Below are positions 48,757-58,173 of a stretch of DNA of 64,000 bases, in pieces. A program made the translations under genes and the position numbers. The notes under the pieces were generated by a model that saw only the letters and a program-made list of their open reading frames with translations, ran no database searches and was not told where the DNA came from. The number at the start of each line of letters is the position of its first letter. Position 1 is the stretch's first letter. The DNA is from an uncultured delta proteobacterium. Lineage in GTDB: Bacteria > Desulfobacterota > Binatia > UBA9968. The stretch covers positions 32,001 through 96,000 of the forward strand of contig CAVYTU010000016.1 of the NCBI GenBank assembly GCA_963771465.1, written 5' to 3'.

Positions 48757-49008
48757 GCACGGCCAACTAAATTGACTGGAGCGCTGGTAGTTTCATAACG
48801 AATTCGGCACCACCACTGTCTTGGTTGCATTCGAGGCTGCCGCCGAGTCACCCGAGCGTTCTGTTGTAGAAATCAAGCCGGCGTTTGCCGAGCGCAACCG
48901 GATCGATCCGTGCCCGGCTTGAAAGTCGAATTTCCACTTGGCCCGACGTGCCAGCGGAAATTTTCGGGCAGGCGGTGTCGTGTTGCGTTCTGGTACTCGA
49001 ATTTCGCA

Positions 49009-50832
49009 TTAATCCGAGACTCCAGACGCGCGAGCCCGAACCCCGGAAAGACTAAGTTCCGCTAATTTTTTTTCTGGAACTACTCCGTCCTCATTCCATC
49101 CTCTTGCTTGATAGTAGCTGGCGATCATCTCGCGAAGATCCCTGGCGCTCAAGCCAACTCCCTGGGCGATGCCGGTGGGAAGGGTTTCTTTCAACAGGCG
49201 CTCTGGCAACCAGTCGTCTTCGGCACGCCATCCCTCGCGCATATTGAAAAGTTTTTTCATGTTGTGGATGCGCTCACCGATGCGCTTCAGTTCATCGCTG
49301 GAGCAGTCCCAGCCGGTGACTTTGCTGAGCAACTCGGCGCCCTCGCGATAAAAATCGCTAAAACACTTGCGCAAGAATTTGCATACAATCAGCGAATCGA
49401 GCACCGCTGCGAAGTCCTCGGAAGCGGCGACGATGGCGCCTCTGCCGGGGTCGGAGTGTAGACGATCGACTTCACCGGAAAAGTCGGCCTCGTAGGCGCC
49501 GGAGCGATTGTGGCAGGCTCCACGCGGGCTCACCGCCAGTCCGAGCGCCATCGTCTTCAGGCTGCGCGGTTCATAGCCGGGAAGCTCCAATCCTTTGACG
49601 TGCATCGCCCAATACGAACTGTCATTGCCAAGCTCAAGCGCCGCCCGCCTTGAGCCTTCGGCTAACAGCTCGCCCAATCCTTGGCGCTCGGCAATCATAG
49701 GAATGGCGGCGAGAAGAGCGTTTGGCTCGTCGAAGCGCAGATCCCTTGCTTGCGGCAGCAATCCTTTCTCGCTGCACTCCATCGCCCACGACAAAGTTCC
49801 TCCGGTACTGATTGTGTCGAGGCCATAGAGATCGCAGAGCTGCGCGGCTTGCAAGACCACCTCGGGATCTTTGATGCCACAGAGCGGCCCGAGCGCGAAT
49901 AAGGTCTCGTATTCCAGCCGCTGCTCCTCTCCGTTGAGAGCTTTGAACAGCCGCTCACATTGGATTGTGCAGGATGCGCATCCGTGCCTGCGGCTGAAAT
50001 TATTTTCGGTGAGCGTTTCCCCGCTCAGCGCCTCAGCGCGGTCAAAGGTCGATTGCTGAAAATTGCGCGTCGGCAAAGCGCCGAGTCGATCGAAAACCGC
50101 CAGGTTGGCAACCGTGCCGATCTGGCGGTACTTGTCGGTGAGCGAACTCAAACTGCGCGCGCGCAGAGCGTCAGCGATGCGGTCGACGCCCAAAGGATCG
50201 GCCACCGTGGTGGCATGATCGCCGCACAGCGCGATGGCCTTGAGATTTTTCGCTCCCATGACCGCACCGACGCCGCCGCGGCCGGCGTGGCGTCCTTCGT
50301 TGCTGATGGTCGCGAAGCGCACTTTGTTTTCGCCGGCCTTGCCGATCGCGGCAACCCGCGCCGTCGGCGTGGCGAGCTCGGAGCGGATCGCGGCTTCAGT
50401 CGCCAGGGGACTCTTGCCGCGCAGATGCTCGGCGGCGAGGATCTCCACTTTGCCATTGCGGATGAAAATGTAAGCCATGACGTCGGCTCGTCCGGTGATG
50501 ACGAGCGCATCGACCCCGAGCCGCTTGAGTTCGAGAGCGAAGTGACTGGAAGAGAGCGAGTCGGCGATAAATCCGGTGAGCGGCGATTTGGTGACGACGG
50601 CATACTTGGCGGTCGTTGTCAGGCCCGTGCCGACAAGCGGCGCGCTCGTGAAGATCAATGGATTGGCAGGGGAGAATGGATCGACTCCTGCCGGCGCATA
50701 TTCGTAGAGTAGACTGACGCCGAGACCGATGCCGCCGAGAAATGCCCGTAAGCGCGTTTCCTCGATATCCACCCAGGAGCTGTGTCCGGTACTCAGATCG
50801 ATGTGGAGGAGGCGGCCGTAAAATCCGTTCAT
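49009..50832 (-). CDS. Aldehyde ferredoxin oxidoreductase family protein (tungstopterin AOR/WOR)
   Basis: KSPLTG, GRGGVGAVMGAKNLKAI, CASCTIQC, EYET, DLYGLDT, RGACH, IVCKF. Confidence 0.93.
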   Translation of the reverse strand: MNGFYGRLLHIDLSTGHSSWVDIEETRLRAFLGGIGLGVSLLYEYAPAGVDPFSPANPLIFTSAPLVGTGLTTTAKYAVVTKSPLTGFIADSLSSSHFALELKRLGVDALVITGRADVMAYIFIRNGKVEILAAEHLRGKSPLATEAAIRSELATPTARVAAIGKAGENKVRFATISNEGRHAGRGGVGAVMGAKNLKAIALCGDHATTVADPLGVDRIADALRARSLSSLTDKYRQIGTVANLAVFDRLGALPTRNFQQSTFDRAEALSGETLTENNFSRRHGCASCTIQCERLFKALNGEEQRLEYETLFALGPLCGIKDPEVVLQAAQLCDLYGLDTISTGGTLSWAMECSEKGLLPQARDLRFDEPNALLAAIPMIAERQGLGELLAEGSRRAALELGNDSSYWAMHVKGLELPGYEPRSLKTMALGLAVSPRGACHNRSGAYEADFSGEVDRLHSDPGRGAIVAASEDFAAVLDSLIVCKFLRKCFSDFYREGAELLSKVTGWDCSSDELKRIGERIHNMKKLFNMREGWRAEDDWLPERLLKETLPTGIAQGVGLSARDLREMIASYYQARGWNEDGVVPEKKLAELSLSGVRARASGVSD

Positions 50833-50835
50833 CTT

Positions 50836-51765
50836 TCAGCCTCCCGCGTCCGCGGATAGGATCAAAATTTTGTCGCCCGAATTGACTTTGGCGCTCGGCG
50901 CGCGAACGAAGTCCAGGCCATTGATGTTGCAAGCGTAACCGCTAATCAGACCTTCGGAGTTGATAACCCGGCCAACTAGAACCGGTAACTTTTCAGCGAG
51001 GGCTGAAAACACATGCGCGAGAGTCGCTCCTTGCGGCAGCGACAGCGACACCTTCTTAGATTTCGCAACTATGCGCGCGACACCGAAAAGCTCGACTGTA
51101 ACGGGGACAGAGTTAGAGACGGAGTGGGGCGGGACGGTCTCTATCCCAATTCTTTTTTTCTTCTCCCACATCTGTAGCGCGTCCTCGTAGTCCTCGGGGC
51201 TGTTCATGTTGAGAAAACTCAAACCCTCGGGATCAAGACGGCGGATTTCATCTTGGTGAATTTCGCGGGTCCGAACTTTTGGATACAGCGAGATCGGACG
51301 CAGCTCGCCGCGGTCGAGCTGTTCGCGCAGAAGCGGCGCGATGCTACGCCGATAAACCGCGTGCAATGGTTGAAAGCGTTCTTGCCAATAGGGCACGACG
51401 ACGTCACAGTCTGGGATTTGCGCCATGAGATGGGCGATCAACTGAAGATTAAGAAAGGGCGCATCGCAGGAGGTCACGAAACAAATTTCCTGGCTGGACG
51501 CTTTCAGGCCGTGGTAAATTCCACTCACCGGGCCTTGATAAGCCACCTCGTCGCGCACCAGCACGACGGGCAAGATCGGTAACTCCTGCTCGGGAGCGGC
51601 GACGACGACCGCGTCGGTAAACAATTTCTTGAGACTCCGAACAACATGCGCGATGAGCGGCTCGCCATCGAACGACAGCAGCGCTTTGGGCCGGCCCATG
51701 CGCGAACTCTTGCCGCCGGTCAAAATAACCGCGGTCGCGTCAGCCGTCGTCAGATGGTCGTTCAT
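50836..51765 (-). CDS. mobA: Molybdenum cofactor guanylyltransferase (MobA) fused to a C-terminal MoaD/ThiS sulfur carrier
   Basis: ILTGGKSSRMGRPKALL, SCDAPF, NMNSPEDY, then VELFG...ING...ILSADAGG* with C-terminal Gly-Gly; start set at ATG 51765. Confidence 0.88.
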   Translation of the reverse strand: MNDHLTTADATAVILTGGKSSRMGRPKALLSFDGEPLIAHVVRSLKKLFTDAVVVAAPEQELPILPVVLVRDEVAYQGPVSGIYHGLKASSQEICFVTSCDAPFLNLQLIAHLMAQIPDCDVVVPYWQERFQPLHAVYRRSIAPLLREQLDRGELRPISLYPKVRTREIHQDEIRRLDPEGLSFLNMNSPEDYEDALQMWEKKKRIGIETVPPHSVSNSVPVTVELFGVARIVAKSKKVSLSLPQGATLAHVFSALAEKLPVLVGRVINSEGLISGYACNINGLDFVRAPSAKVNSGDKILILSADAGG

Positions 51766-51805
51766 GAATTCTTCGAGGGCGATTCGGGAATCTTCCCTAG
51801 TTAAA

Positions 51806-53968
51806 TCAATAACGACCCCTTCCCACTTTTGCCTCGGGTCGTTCAAGCTCTTTTTTCGCCGCCGCCACAATGCGCACCGCGCAGGCTTTGTACTCGGGAA
51901 TCTTGGCCAGAGGATCCAACGCATCGATCGTCAGCAGATTGGCGGCGGCTTCGGCAAAATGCATGGGAATAAAAACTACGCCCACCGTCGTTCGCTGGGT
52001 TACCCAAGCGCGCAGGACGATGGAGCCGCGCCGCGATGAGACGCGCACGGCCTGCTCGTCTTCGAGCTTGAGACGGGCGGCGTCGGCGGGATTGATTTCA
52101 ATGCGCGCCTCGGGATTCAATTGATCCAATTTTGAATGGCGCGTGAGCGTGCCGCCATGCCAGTGTTCGAGCAGCCGTCCTGTGGTCAGGATGAACGGAT
52201 ATTCTTCGTCGGGCATCTCCACGGATGGGATGTAATCGCAGTCATAAAATTTGCCTTTGCCGCGCGGGAAGCTTTCGGCGAAAAGATAGGGCGTGCCGGG
52301 ATGATTGTCGTCCCACACCGGTGTCTGTAAGCCCTGCTGTTCGATGCGCGGATATTTCACGCCGGCATATTCCGGCACAACGCTCCCCATCTCTTCGAGC
52401 ACTTCTGACGGGTGTTGATATGCCCAAATGGCGGTCTGCCGGCGGTCGAGCTTTTTTTCGATACGCGAGGCGAGGTCGCAGATGATCTGCCAATCGGCTC
52501 GCGCCTGGCCGCGCGGTTCCAGCGCCTTGCGCACGCGCTGGACGCGGCGGTCGGTATTCGTAAACGTGCCTTCCTTCTCCGCCCAGGAGGCGGCGGGCAA
52601 AAACACATCGGCGTAGGCGCCGGATTCGTTGATGAACAAGTCTTGCGCCACCAGAAACTCCAACTGTTCCATCATATGCCGCGTATGATTTAAGTTGGGC
52701 TCGGACATCATCGGATTTTCGCCCATGATGTGCAGTGCGCGCACGCCGCCCGGCCCGACCGCGCTCATGATTTCAGTTGTCGTCAGCCCGAGCTTGCGAT
52801 TGAGCGCGCCGAGCTCGATATTCCACGCCTGCTCGAACTTGCGCGCGGACGTTTCGTCATCAACGCGCTGATAACCGGGATAATGCCATGGCATGGCGCC
52901 GGCGTCCGACGCGCCCTGGACGTTGTTTTGCCCCCGCAGCGGATTCAAACCCGTGCCTTTGCGGCCGATGTGGCCGGTTAGCAATGCAAGATGGATGAGC
53001 GTCATGGCATTGTCGGTGCCGTGGGAGTGCTCGGGAATCCCCAGCGCCCAATAAATCGCCGCATTCTTCGCCGTGGCATACATCCGCGCCGCCTGGATGA
53101 TCAAATTACGTTCGACGCCGGAAATCGCTTCGGCGTATTCGGGCGTAAATTTCTCCATGGACTTCACGAAATCGTCGAAGCCTTCGGTGCGCCGCTCGAT
53201 AAAATCCTGATTATAGAGGCGCTCTTTGATGATCACATGCGCCATGGCGGAAAAGAGCGGCACGTCGGTGCCCGGCTTCTCGGGCAACCAGAGCGTTGCC
53301 CAGTTGACCATATCCACCCGGCGCGGATCGACGACGATGAGCTTGGCATCGTGCTTTTCCACTGCGGCTTTCATTTGCAGAGCGATGATCGGATGGGTTT
53401 CCGCGGTATTCGACCCGGTCACCAGAAAAACATCGCTGTGAATCACTTCAGCAGCGGTGTTGCTCATCGCCGAGGAGCCGAGCGCCATTTGCAGCGCGAC
53501 CACCGAGCCGGCATGACACAAACGAGTACAGTGGTCGACGTTATTGCTGCGGAACAGGGTGCGGTACAGCTTCTGCAGGAGGTAGTTGTCTTCGTTGGTC
53601 GCCTTGGCGCAGCAGTAAACCGCCATGGCGTCCGCGCCATCGCGGCTGTAAATTTCGCACAGCCGGTCGTTGGTATAGTCGAGTGCCTCGTCCCACGAGA
53701 CTTCGCGCCACTGGGCGCGGTCGAAGGCCTGAGTGCGCGCGCCCGGCGTTTGCGCGGTCTTGCGAATCAGCGGCGTTGTTACACGGTCTTTGTTGTAGAC
53801 GAAGTCGTAGCCAAATCGTCCCTTGACGCAGAGGTTGCCGTGGTTCACCACCGAGTCAAAGGACGAGGTCACTTTGAAAATGTAGTCGTCCTTTATGTGC
53901 AGCTCGAGACCGCATCCCACGCCGCAGTAAGGGCAAGTAGTCGGTACCGTGCGATCGGAGGTGATCAT
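51806..53968 (-). CDS. fdhF: Formate dehydrogenase catalytic (alpha) subunit, Cys-type
   Basis: [13 protein letters not shown] [4Fe-4S], active site [19 protein letters not shown]. Confidence 0.93.
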   Translation of the reverse strand: MITSDRTVPTTCPYCGVGCGLELHIKDDYIFKVTSSFDSVVNHGNLCVKGRFGYDFVYNKDRVTTPLIRKTAQTPGARTQAFDRAQWREVSWDEALDYTNDRLCEIYSRDGADAMAVYCCAKATNEDNYLLQKLYRTLFRSNNVDHCTRLCHAGSVVALQMALGSSAMSNTAAEVIHSDVFLVTGSNTAETHPIIALQMKAAVEKHDAKLIVVDPRRVDMVNWATLWLPEKPGTDVPLFSAMAHVIIKERLYNQDFIERRTEGFDDFVKSMEKFTPEYAEAISGVERNLIIQAARMYATAKNAAIYWALGIPEHSHGTDNAMTLIHLALLTGHIGRKGTGLNPLRGQNNVQGASDAGAMPWHYPGYQRVDDETSARKFEQAWNIELGALNRKLGLTTTEIMSAVGPGGVRALHIMGENPMMSEPNLNHTRHMMEQLEFLVAQDLFINESGAYADVFLPAASWAEKEGTFTNTDRRVQRVRKALEPRGQARADWQIICDLASRIEKKLDRRQTAIWAYQHPSEVLEEMGSVVPEYAGVKYPRIEQQGLQTPVWDDNHPGTPYLFAESFPRGKGKFYDCDYIPSVEMPDEEYPFILTTGRLLEHWHGGTLTRHSKLDQLNPEARIEINPADAARLKLEDEQAVRVSSRRGSIVLRAWVTQRTTVGVVFIPMHFAEAAANLLTIDALDPLAKIPEYKACAVRIVAAAKKELERPEAKVGRGRY

Positions 53969-54666
53969 GGTGATTTCCTCCGGCGCTTTTGTCCGCCTCT
54001 CGTTGCCTGTAGGATTTCATCCAACGAGAATCCTTGCTCCAGCAGCGACTCGCGCTTGGACTTGAGCGCGCCGGTAGGGCAGACGCCAACGCACTGGCCG
54101 CAAAATACGCAGGTTGTATCTGGCATGGGTTTGTCAAAAAAGGTGCCGATGCTGGTGTCAAAGCCGCGTCCGGTGAAGTTGATCGCGTAGGTGAACTGCG
54201 CGTCCTCGGCGCAGACTTGAACGCAGCGCCAGCACAGAATGCACTTGGAATAATCGCGGATATACATCGGGTTATCATCGAGCACCGGATACTCGCGCCG
54301 TTCGGCGTCGGGAAAGCGCGCCGGGTCGGCGTGATTTTCGTCCATCAACTTTTGAATCTCCGGCGCCTGCGAGAGGTCCACGGCCGAGGCGAGCATTTCA
54401 AGAATAGTGCGGCGGCTGCGTTCGGCTCTCACACTCGAGGTCGACACCTCGATGCCCTCGCGCACCGCAGTCAGGCACGCCGGGACCAGTGCCTTTACAC
54501 CTTTGATTTCGACCACACAGATGCGACAGAGCCCATTGGCCGTACAATGATCGTGATAGCAAATCGTCGGAACTTGCCGGTCGACCCGCTGTGCGGCTTT
54601 GAGGATCGTCGTTGCCTCGGGCACGGTGACTGAATTGTCGTCTATAGTAAGAGTCACATCAGGCAT
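53965..54666 (-). CDS. Fe-S subunit ([2Fe-2S] plus 2x[4Fe-4S]; NuoG-N/HoxU-like)
   Basis: [38 protein letters not shown]; ATGA overlap with the FDH gene. Confidence 0.9.
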   Translation of the reverse strand: MPDVTLTIDDNSVTVPEATTILKAAQRVDRQVPTICYHDHCTANGLCRICVVEIKGVKALVPACLTAVREGIEVSTSSVRAERSRRTILEMLASAVDLSQAPEIQKLMDENHADPARFPDAERREYPVLDDNPMYIRDYSKCILCWRCVQVCAEDAQFTYAINFTGRGFDTSIGTFFDKPMPDTTCVFCGQCVGVCPTGALKSKRESLLEQGFSLDEILQATRGGQKRRRKSP

Positions 54667-54706
54667 AAGTTATTCCTGCGGTTAAGCAGCTGGAAAATTG
54701 TGAATC

Positions 54707-56464
54707 TTATTTCCTCGCATTGAACATTTCCGGCCACAACTTCATCGCGCTCAATATCGCCGTGGGCGCCGTCTGGCCGAGGCCGCACAAGGACGCGTCG
54801 ATCATCGTCGAACCGACGTCCGCTAAGCGTTCCCGGTCACCGGCAAGCGAAAGCCCGGCTGCGGCGCGGTCGAGAATCTCATACTGGCGGCGCGCGCCGA
54901 GCTGGCAGGGATAGCATTTGCCACAGCTTTCGTCGGCAAAAAAGTGCGCTAACCGCTTGAGCACGTCGCTCATGTACGCGCTATCATCGAACACCATGAC
55001 CGCGCCGGAGCCGAGAGGCAAGCCCGCCGCGCTCAGGTTCTCAAACGACAAGATCACATCAAGGTCTTTTTCAACGGCAAATGCGCCCGCCGCGCCGCCC
55101 ATGAGCACCGCCTGAAGCTGGCGTCCCGGTTTCAGTCCGCCGGCGAGATCGAACAACAGATGGCGCAAAGTGACGCCGAAGGGCACCTCGTAAAGCCCGG
55201 GCTGCTGGATCTGGCCCGACACGCAAAACAGTTTCGGACCGGGCGACCGCTCTGTGCCGATTTTCCGATACTCCGCGGCGCCACTTTCGAGAATCAGCGG
55301 GATGTTGCAGAAGGTCTCGACGTTGTTGATCACGGTGGGTTTGCCGAATAGTCCGTGGGTGGTGGGGAACGGCGGCTTGATGCGCGGCAAGCCGCGCTTG
55401 CCCTCGATGGATTCCAGCAGCGCGGTTTCTTCGCCGCAAATGTAGGCGCCGGCGCCCAGGCGCATTTCAATTTCGAAAGCCAATCCGGCGCCGAAAATAT
55501 TGCCGCCGATGACGCCGGCTTGGCGCGCCTCCGCCACCGCTTCGCTCATGACCTTAAAGGCGTAAGGATATTCGCCGCGCACGTAAATATAACCCCGACT
55601 CGCGCCCACGGCATAGGCCGCGATGATCATCCCCTCGATGGTGCGGTGCGGGTCTTCCTCCATGAGAATGCGGTCTTTGAACGTGCCGGGTTCGGATTCG
55701 TCGGCGTTGCAGACGATATACTTGGGTTGGCCCGGCGCGGATGCCGCTCCATCCCACTTGATGCCGGTGGGAAATGCCGCGCCGCCGCGGCCGACCAATC
55801 CCGCTGCCTTCACTTCAGCAAGGACATCTTGCCGCGTCATGGTTAACGCTTTATTTAGTCCGGCGTAACCACCCCGCGTCCGGTAGTCGACGAAGGACGT
55901 CGGATGGCCTTGGCCACAATTGTTCGTAAGGCTACGGATATCGCCGCCGACAAAGCCCATGACTGGCTCGCCACTTGGCGTGCATATGGCGGCAGCTTGC
56001 TCGGCATCGGCATTGCCAAGCGCGACTTCGCCGACAAGCAATGCGGGCGCGCGGTCACACAAGCCGAGGCAAGGCGCGTGTTCAACGGTGAACGCGCCAT
56101 CCGAGCTGACTTTCCCCGGCTCGATCTGCAAGTGTCGGCACAATGCGTCCGTCACCGCGGTGGCTCCGGCAAGGGCGCACACCGGCGCGCTGCAGACACG
56201 CACGATAGTCCGGCCCACAGGTTGCCGATTAAACATCTCGTAGAAATCGATGACACCATAGACATCGGCGAGCGGCACGCCCAGCGTGTGCGCCACTTCT
56301 GCCGCAACCGGTTCGGGCAGCCAGCCGTGGACACGCTGAGCGGCGTGCAAAGCTGGCAGGAGCGCCGGGCGACCTTGCGGCGCCAACGCGGCAAGGAGCG
56401 CGCGCACGGGAATCAGTTCGCTATCAGTCGTCATCCAGTGTTCCAACTGTCGATGATGTTTCAC
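54707..56464 (-). CDS. NuoE-NuoF fusion diaphorase subunit (NADH/FMN-binding)
   Basis: CSAPVC / CLGLC [2Fe-2S]; GRGGAAFPTG, NADESEPGTFKDR, GAYICGEET, ESCGKCYPC, LCGLG. Confidence 0.92.
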   Translation of the reverse strand: MKHHRQLEHWMTTDSELIPVRALLAALAPQGRPALLPALHAAQRVHGWLPEPVAAEVAHTLGVPLADVYGVIDFYEMFNRQPVGRTIVRVCSAPVCALAGATAVTDALCRHLQIEPGKVSSDGAFTVEHAPCLGLCDRAPALLVGEVALGNADAEQAAAICTPSGEPVMGFVGGDIRSLTNNCGQGHPTSFVDYRTRGGYAGLNKALTMTRQDVLAEVKAAGLVGRGGAAFPTGIKWDGAASAPGQPKYIVCNADESEPGTFKDRILMEEDPHRTIEGMIIAAYAVGASRGYIYVRGEYPYAFKVMSEAVAEARQAGVIGGNIFGAGLAFEIEMRLGAGAYICGEETALLESIEGKRGLPRIKPPFPTTHGLFGKPTVINNVETFCNIPLILESGAAEYRKIGTERSPGPKLFCVSGQIQQPGLYEVPFGVTLRHLLFDLAGGLKPGRQLQAVLMGGAAGAFAVEKDLDVILSFENLSAAGLPLGSGAVMVFDDSAYMSDVLKRLAHFFADESCGKCYPCQLGARRQYEILDRAAAGLSLAGDRERLADVGSTMIDASLCGLGQTAPTAILSAMKLWPEMFNARK

Positions 56465-56640
56465 TCGATCGTCGCCGTTTCCGATAACGGCGTGACCGTT
56501 GGCTCGAACTGTGAAGCGTTGCGGTTCGATCGCGATGGTGCACTAGCCCCAGAGCACTCTTCAAGCCAACGCTTAAGCCGTAACATTTAGGCGGCGCCCA
56601 ACGCAATCACACCTAGCGCCAGCGAAATGGCAACTTCAAC

Positions 56641-57483
56641 TCAGGGATTGTACGGATTGTCCAACGCGGCTTGTTTCATTTGCGCGTGCAGATCGACCAT
56701 GGTGAGTGCGCAGTATTCGAGCGAATAGCCGGCGCGGAACTCGACGCTCTCCTGCAAGGCGCGTGTCAGCACGGTGCGATTGAACGCGCCGTGGCCCATC
56801 GCTTCTTCGCCGTTCTCGCCGAGCTTGTGGGTGTCCATGTCGGCCTCTTCATGGGTCGAAAAATAGACCGCGTCTTGCTTGCTAAAGCCATAGTGCGTGG
56901 TCAACGCGGTGAACCATTGTCCCGACCACATGGAAAGCGACTCTTCGAAAACATGCAGCCCCCAAAGCTCGACGATGGAGCCGTCGATGAAAACCTTGTG
57001 GCAGAAGTCGTTGATCGAGCGAGCGGCGGGCAGATAGGGGTCTTCCAGCATTTCCTTCTTGTTAAGCCCCATTTTTTCGGCGGTTTGCAAAAGCACCAAT
57101 ACATGGCCGGGCGCTTTGGGCGAGATCAATTCATCGGCGATCTTGGTGCAGAACGGTCCCAGCAGGTCGAAGTTACGCACGAAGAAGGGCAAATGGGTGT
57201 AGTAGGAAACCGCGTTCAGGGCGTTTACTTCCAGGGAAAAATGGCCCCAGTTTTTAAAAAACTGGCGCATCACCGGAAGCGGCAGTGTGCCGTCGCGCAA
57301 CTGGGTCATGAAGGCGCCGTTGTAAATTTTCGCATGGGCATATTTGTAAAGCGTCTTATACAGATAGTCGACGTAGGCGGTGGCGTCTTGCTCGCTAAAT
57401 TTTTCCCCTGCCTTGGGTTCTTTGATCGTGCTCACTAACACCTCCGACAGATTCGCCTTCAGTATAGCTTCAGCAGTTATCAT
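56641..57483 (-). CDS. CADD/PqqC/TenA-like heme-oxygenase-fold diiron enzyme
   Basis: DEL...GH, FEE, YFSTHEEAD (compare CADD YF..HEEAD). Confidence 0.75.
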   Translation of the reverse strand: MITAEAILKANLSEVLVSTIKEPKAGEKFSEQDATAYVDYLYKTLYKYAHAKIYNGAFMTQLRDGTLPLPVMRQFFKNWGHFSLEVNALNAVSYYTHLPFFVRNFDLLGPFCTKIADELISPKAPGHVLVLLQTAEKMGLNKKEMLEDPYLPAARSINDFCHKVFIDGSIVELWGLHVFEESLSMWSGQWFTALTTHYGFSKQDAVYFSTHEEADMDTHKLGENGEEAMGHGAFNRTVLTRALQESVEFRAGYSLEYCALTMVDLHAQMKQAALDNPYNP

Positions 57484-57550
57484 CGGCCCCAAAGCGAGTC
57501 AAGAAAGCGGCGCGAATTGCAATCACCCAAGCTTGCGCTAAGATGGCTCG

Positions 57551-57907
57551 ATGGCCACTCGCCCGAGCAAAGAGATCGACACTTTTGCCAATCCGCGGCC
57601 GGAGCGCGATTATGAAATCAACATGGATTGCCCGGAGTTCACCTGTGTCTGCCCGAAAACCGGCCAGCCCGATTTCGCCACCATCAAAATCACCTACGTG
57701 CCGGATCAGCGCTGCATCGAACTCAAAGCGCTGAAACTTTATCTTTGGTCCTATCGCGATGAAGGCGCGTTTCACGAGGCGGTGATCAATCGGATTCTCG
57801 ACGATCTCGTGGCGGCGTGCCGGCCGCGCACGATGACGGTGGTCGGCGACTTCAACGTGCGCGGCGGCATCCATACGACGGTTACGGCGACGCACACTCA
57901 GCGCTGA
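57551..57907 (+). CDS. queF: preQ1 synthase (7-cyano-7-deazaguanine reductase, unimodular)
   Basis: [31 protein letters not shown]. Confidence 0.96.
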   Translation: MATRPSKEIDTFANPRPERDYEINMDCPEFTCVCPKTGQPDFATIKITYVPDQRCIELKALKLYLWSYRDEGAFHEAVINRILDDLVAACRPRTMTVVGDFNVRGGIHTTVTATHTQR

Positions 57908-57936
57908 TTCACGGAAAATCTTAGTTTCAGCGCCAC

Positions 57937-58051
57937 TGTGAGCAAACTGTGCACAAGCTGTGGTTTGATACTTGGATGTGAGCGCTTCGATTGAACAAAC
58001 CTCACGCCCACGGATTATCGACAACTTCTCAGCAAAATCGTTTGGCGATAA
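57937..58051. promoter_or_regulatory. Cluster of DnaA-box-like motifs
   Basis: TGTGAGCAA, TGTGCACAA, TGTGGTTTG at 11-bp period (57937, 57948, 57959); TTATCGACA (58015); TGGCGATAA (58043). Confidence 0.4.
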
Positions 58052-58078
58052 TAGTTTTGCGCAAAGCTAACAATTTTC

Positions 58079-58106
58079 TTGCATTTTAGTTTTTTTACTC
58101 TACATT
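58079..58106 (+). promoter_or_regulatory. Sigma-70 promoter candidate for dnaB
   Basis: TTGCAT-16 bp T-rich spacer-TACATT. Confidence 0.45.
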
Positions 58107-58173
58107 CGCGTAACACCAAACAATTAAACGTCGATAAGTCACTTCAGTTTCGTAGTGCATCGAGCGTCGTTTC

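Noticed and set aside
51806-53968. Selenocysteine recoding in FDH
   Set aside because: The active site is encoded as Cys (RLCH) and the frame has no internal TGA
52991-54190. 399-aa plus-strand ORF
   Set aside because: Antisense shadow of the FDH and Fe-S genes
54707-56464. Respiratory complex I locus
   Set aside because: No membrane Nuo subunits; the NuoEF-like gene belongs to the FDH operon
57484-57550. preQ1 riboswitch upstream of queF
   Set aside because: Short divergent gap without the hairpin plus A-rich tail of preQ1-I
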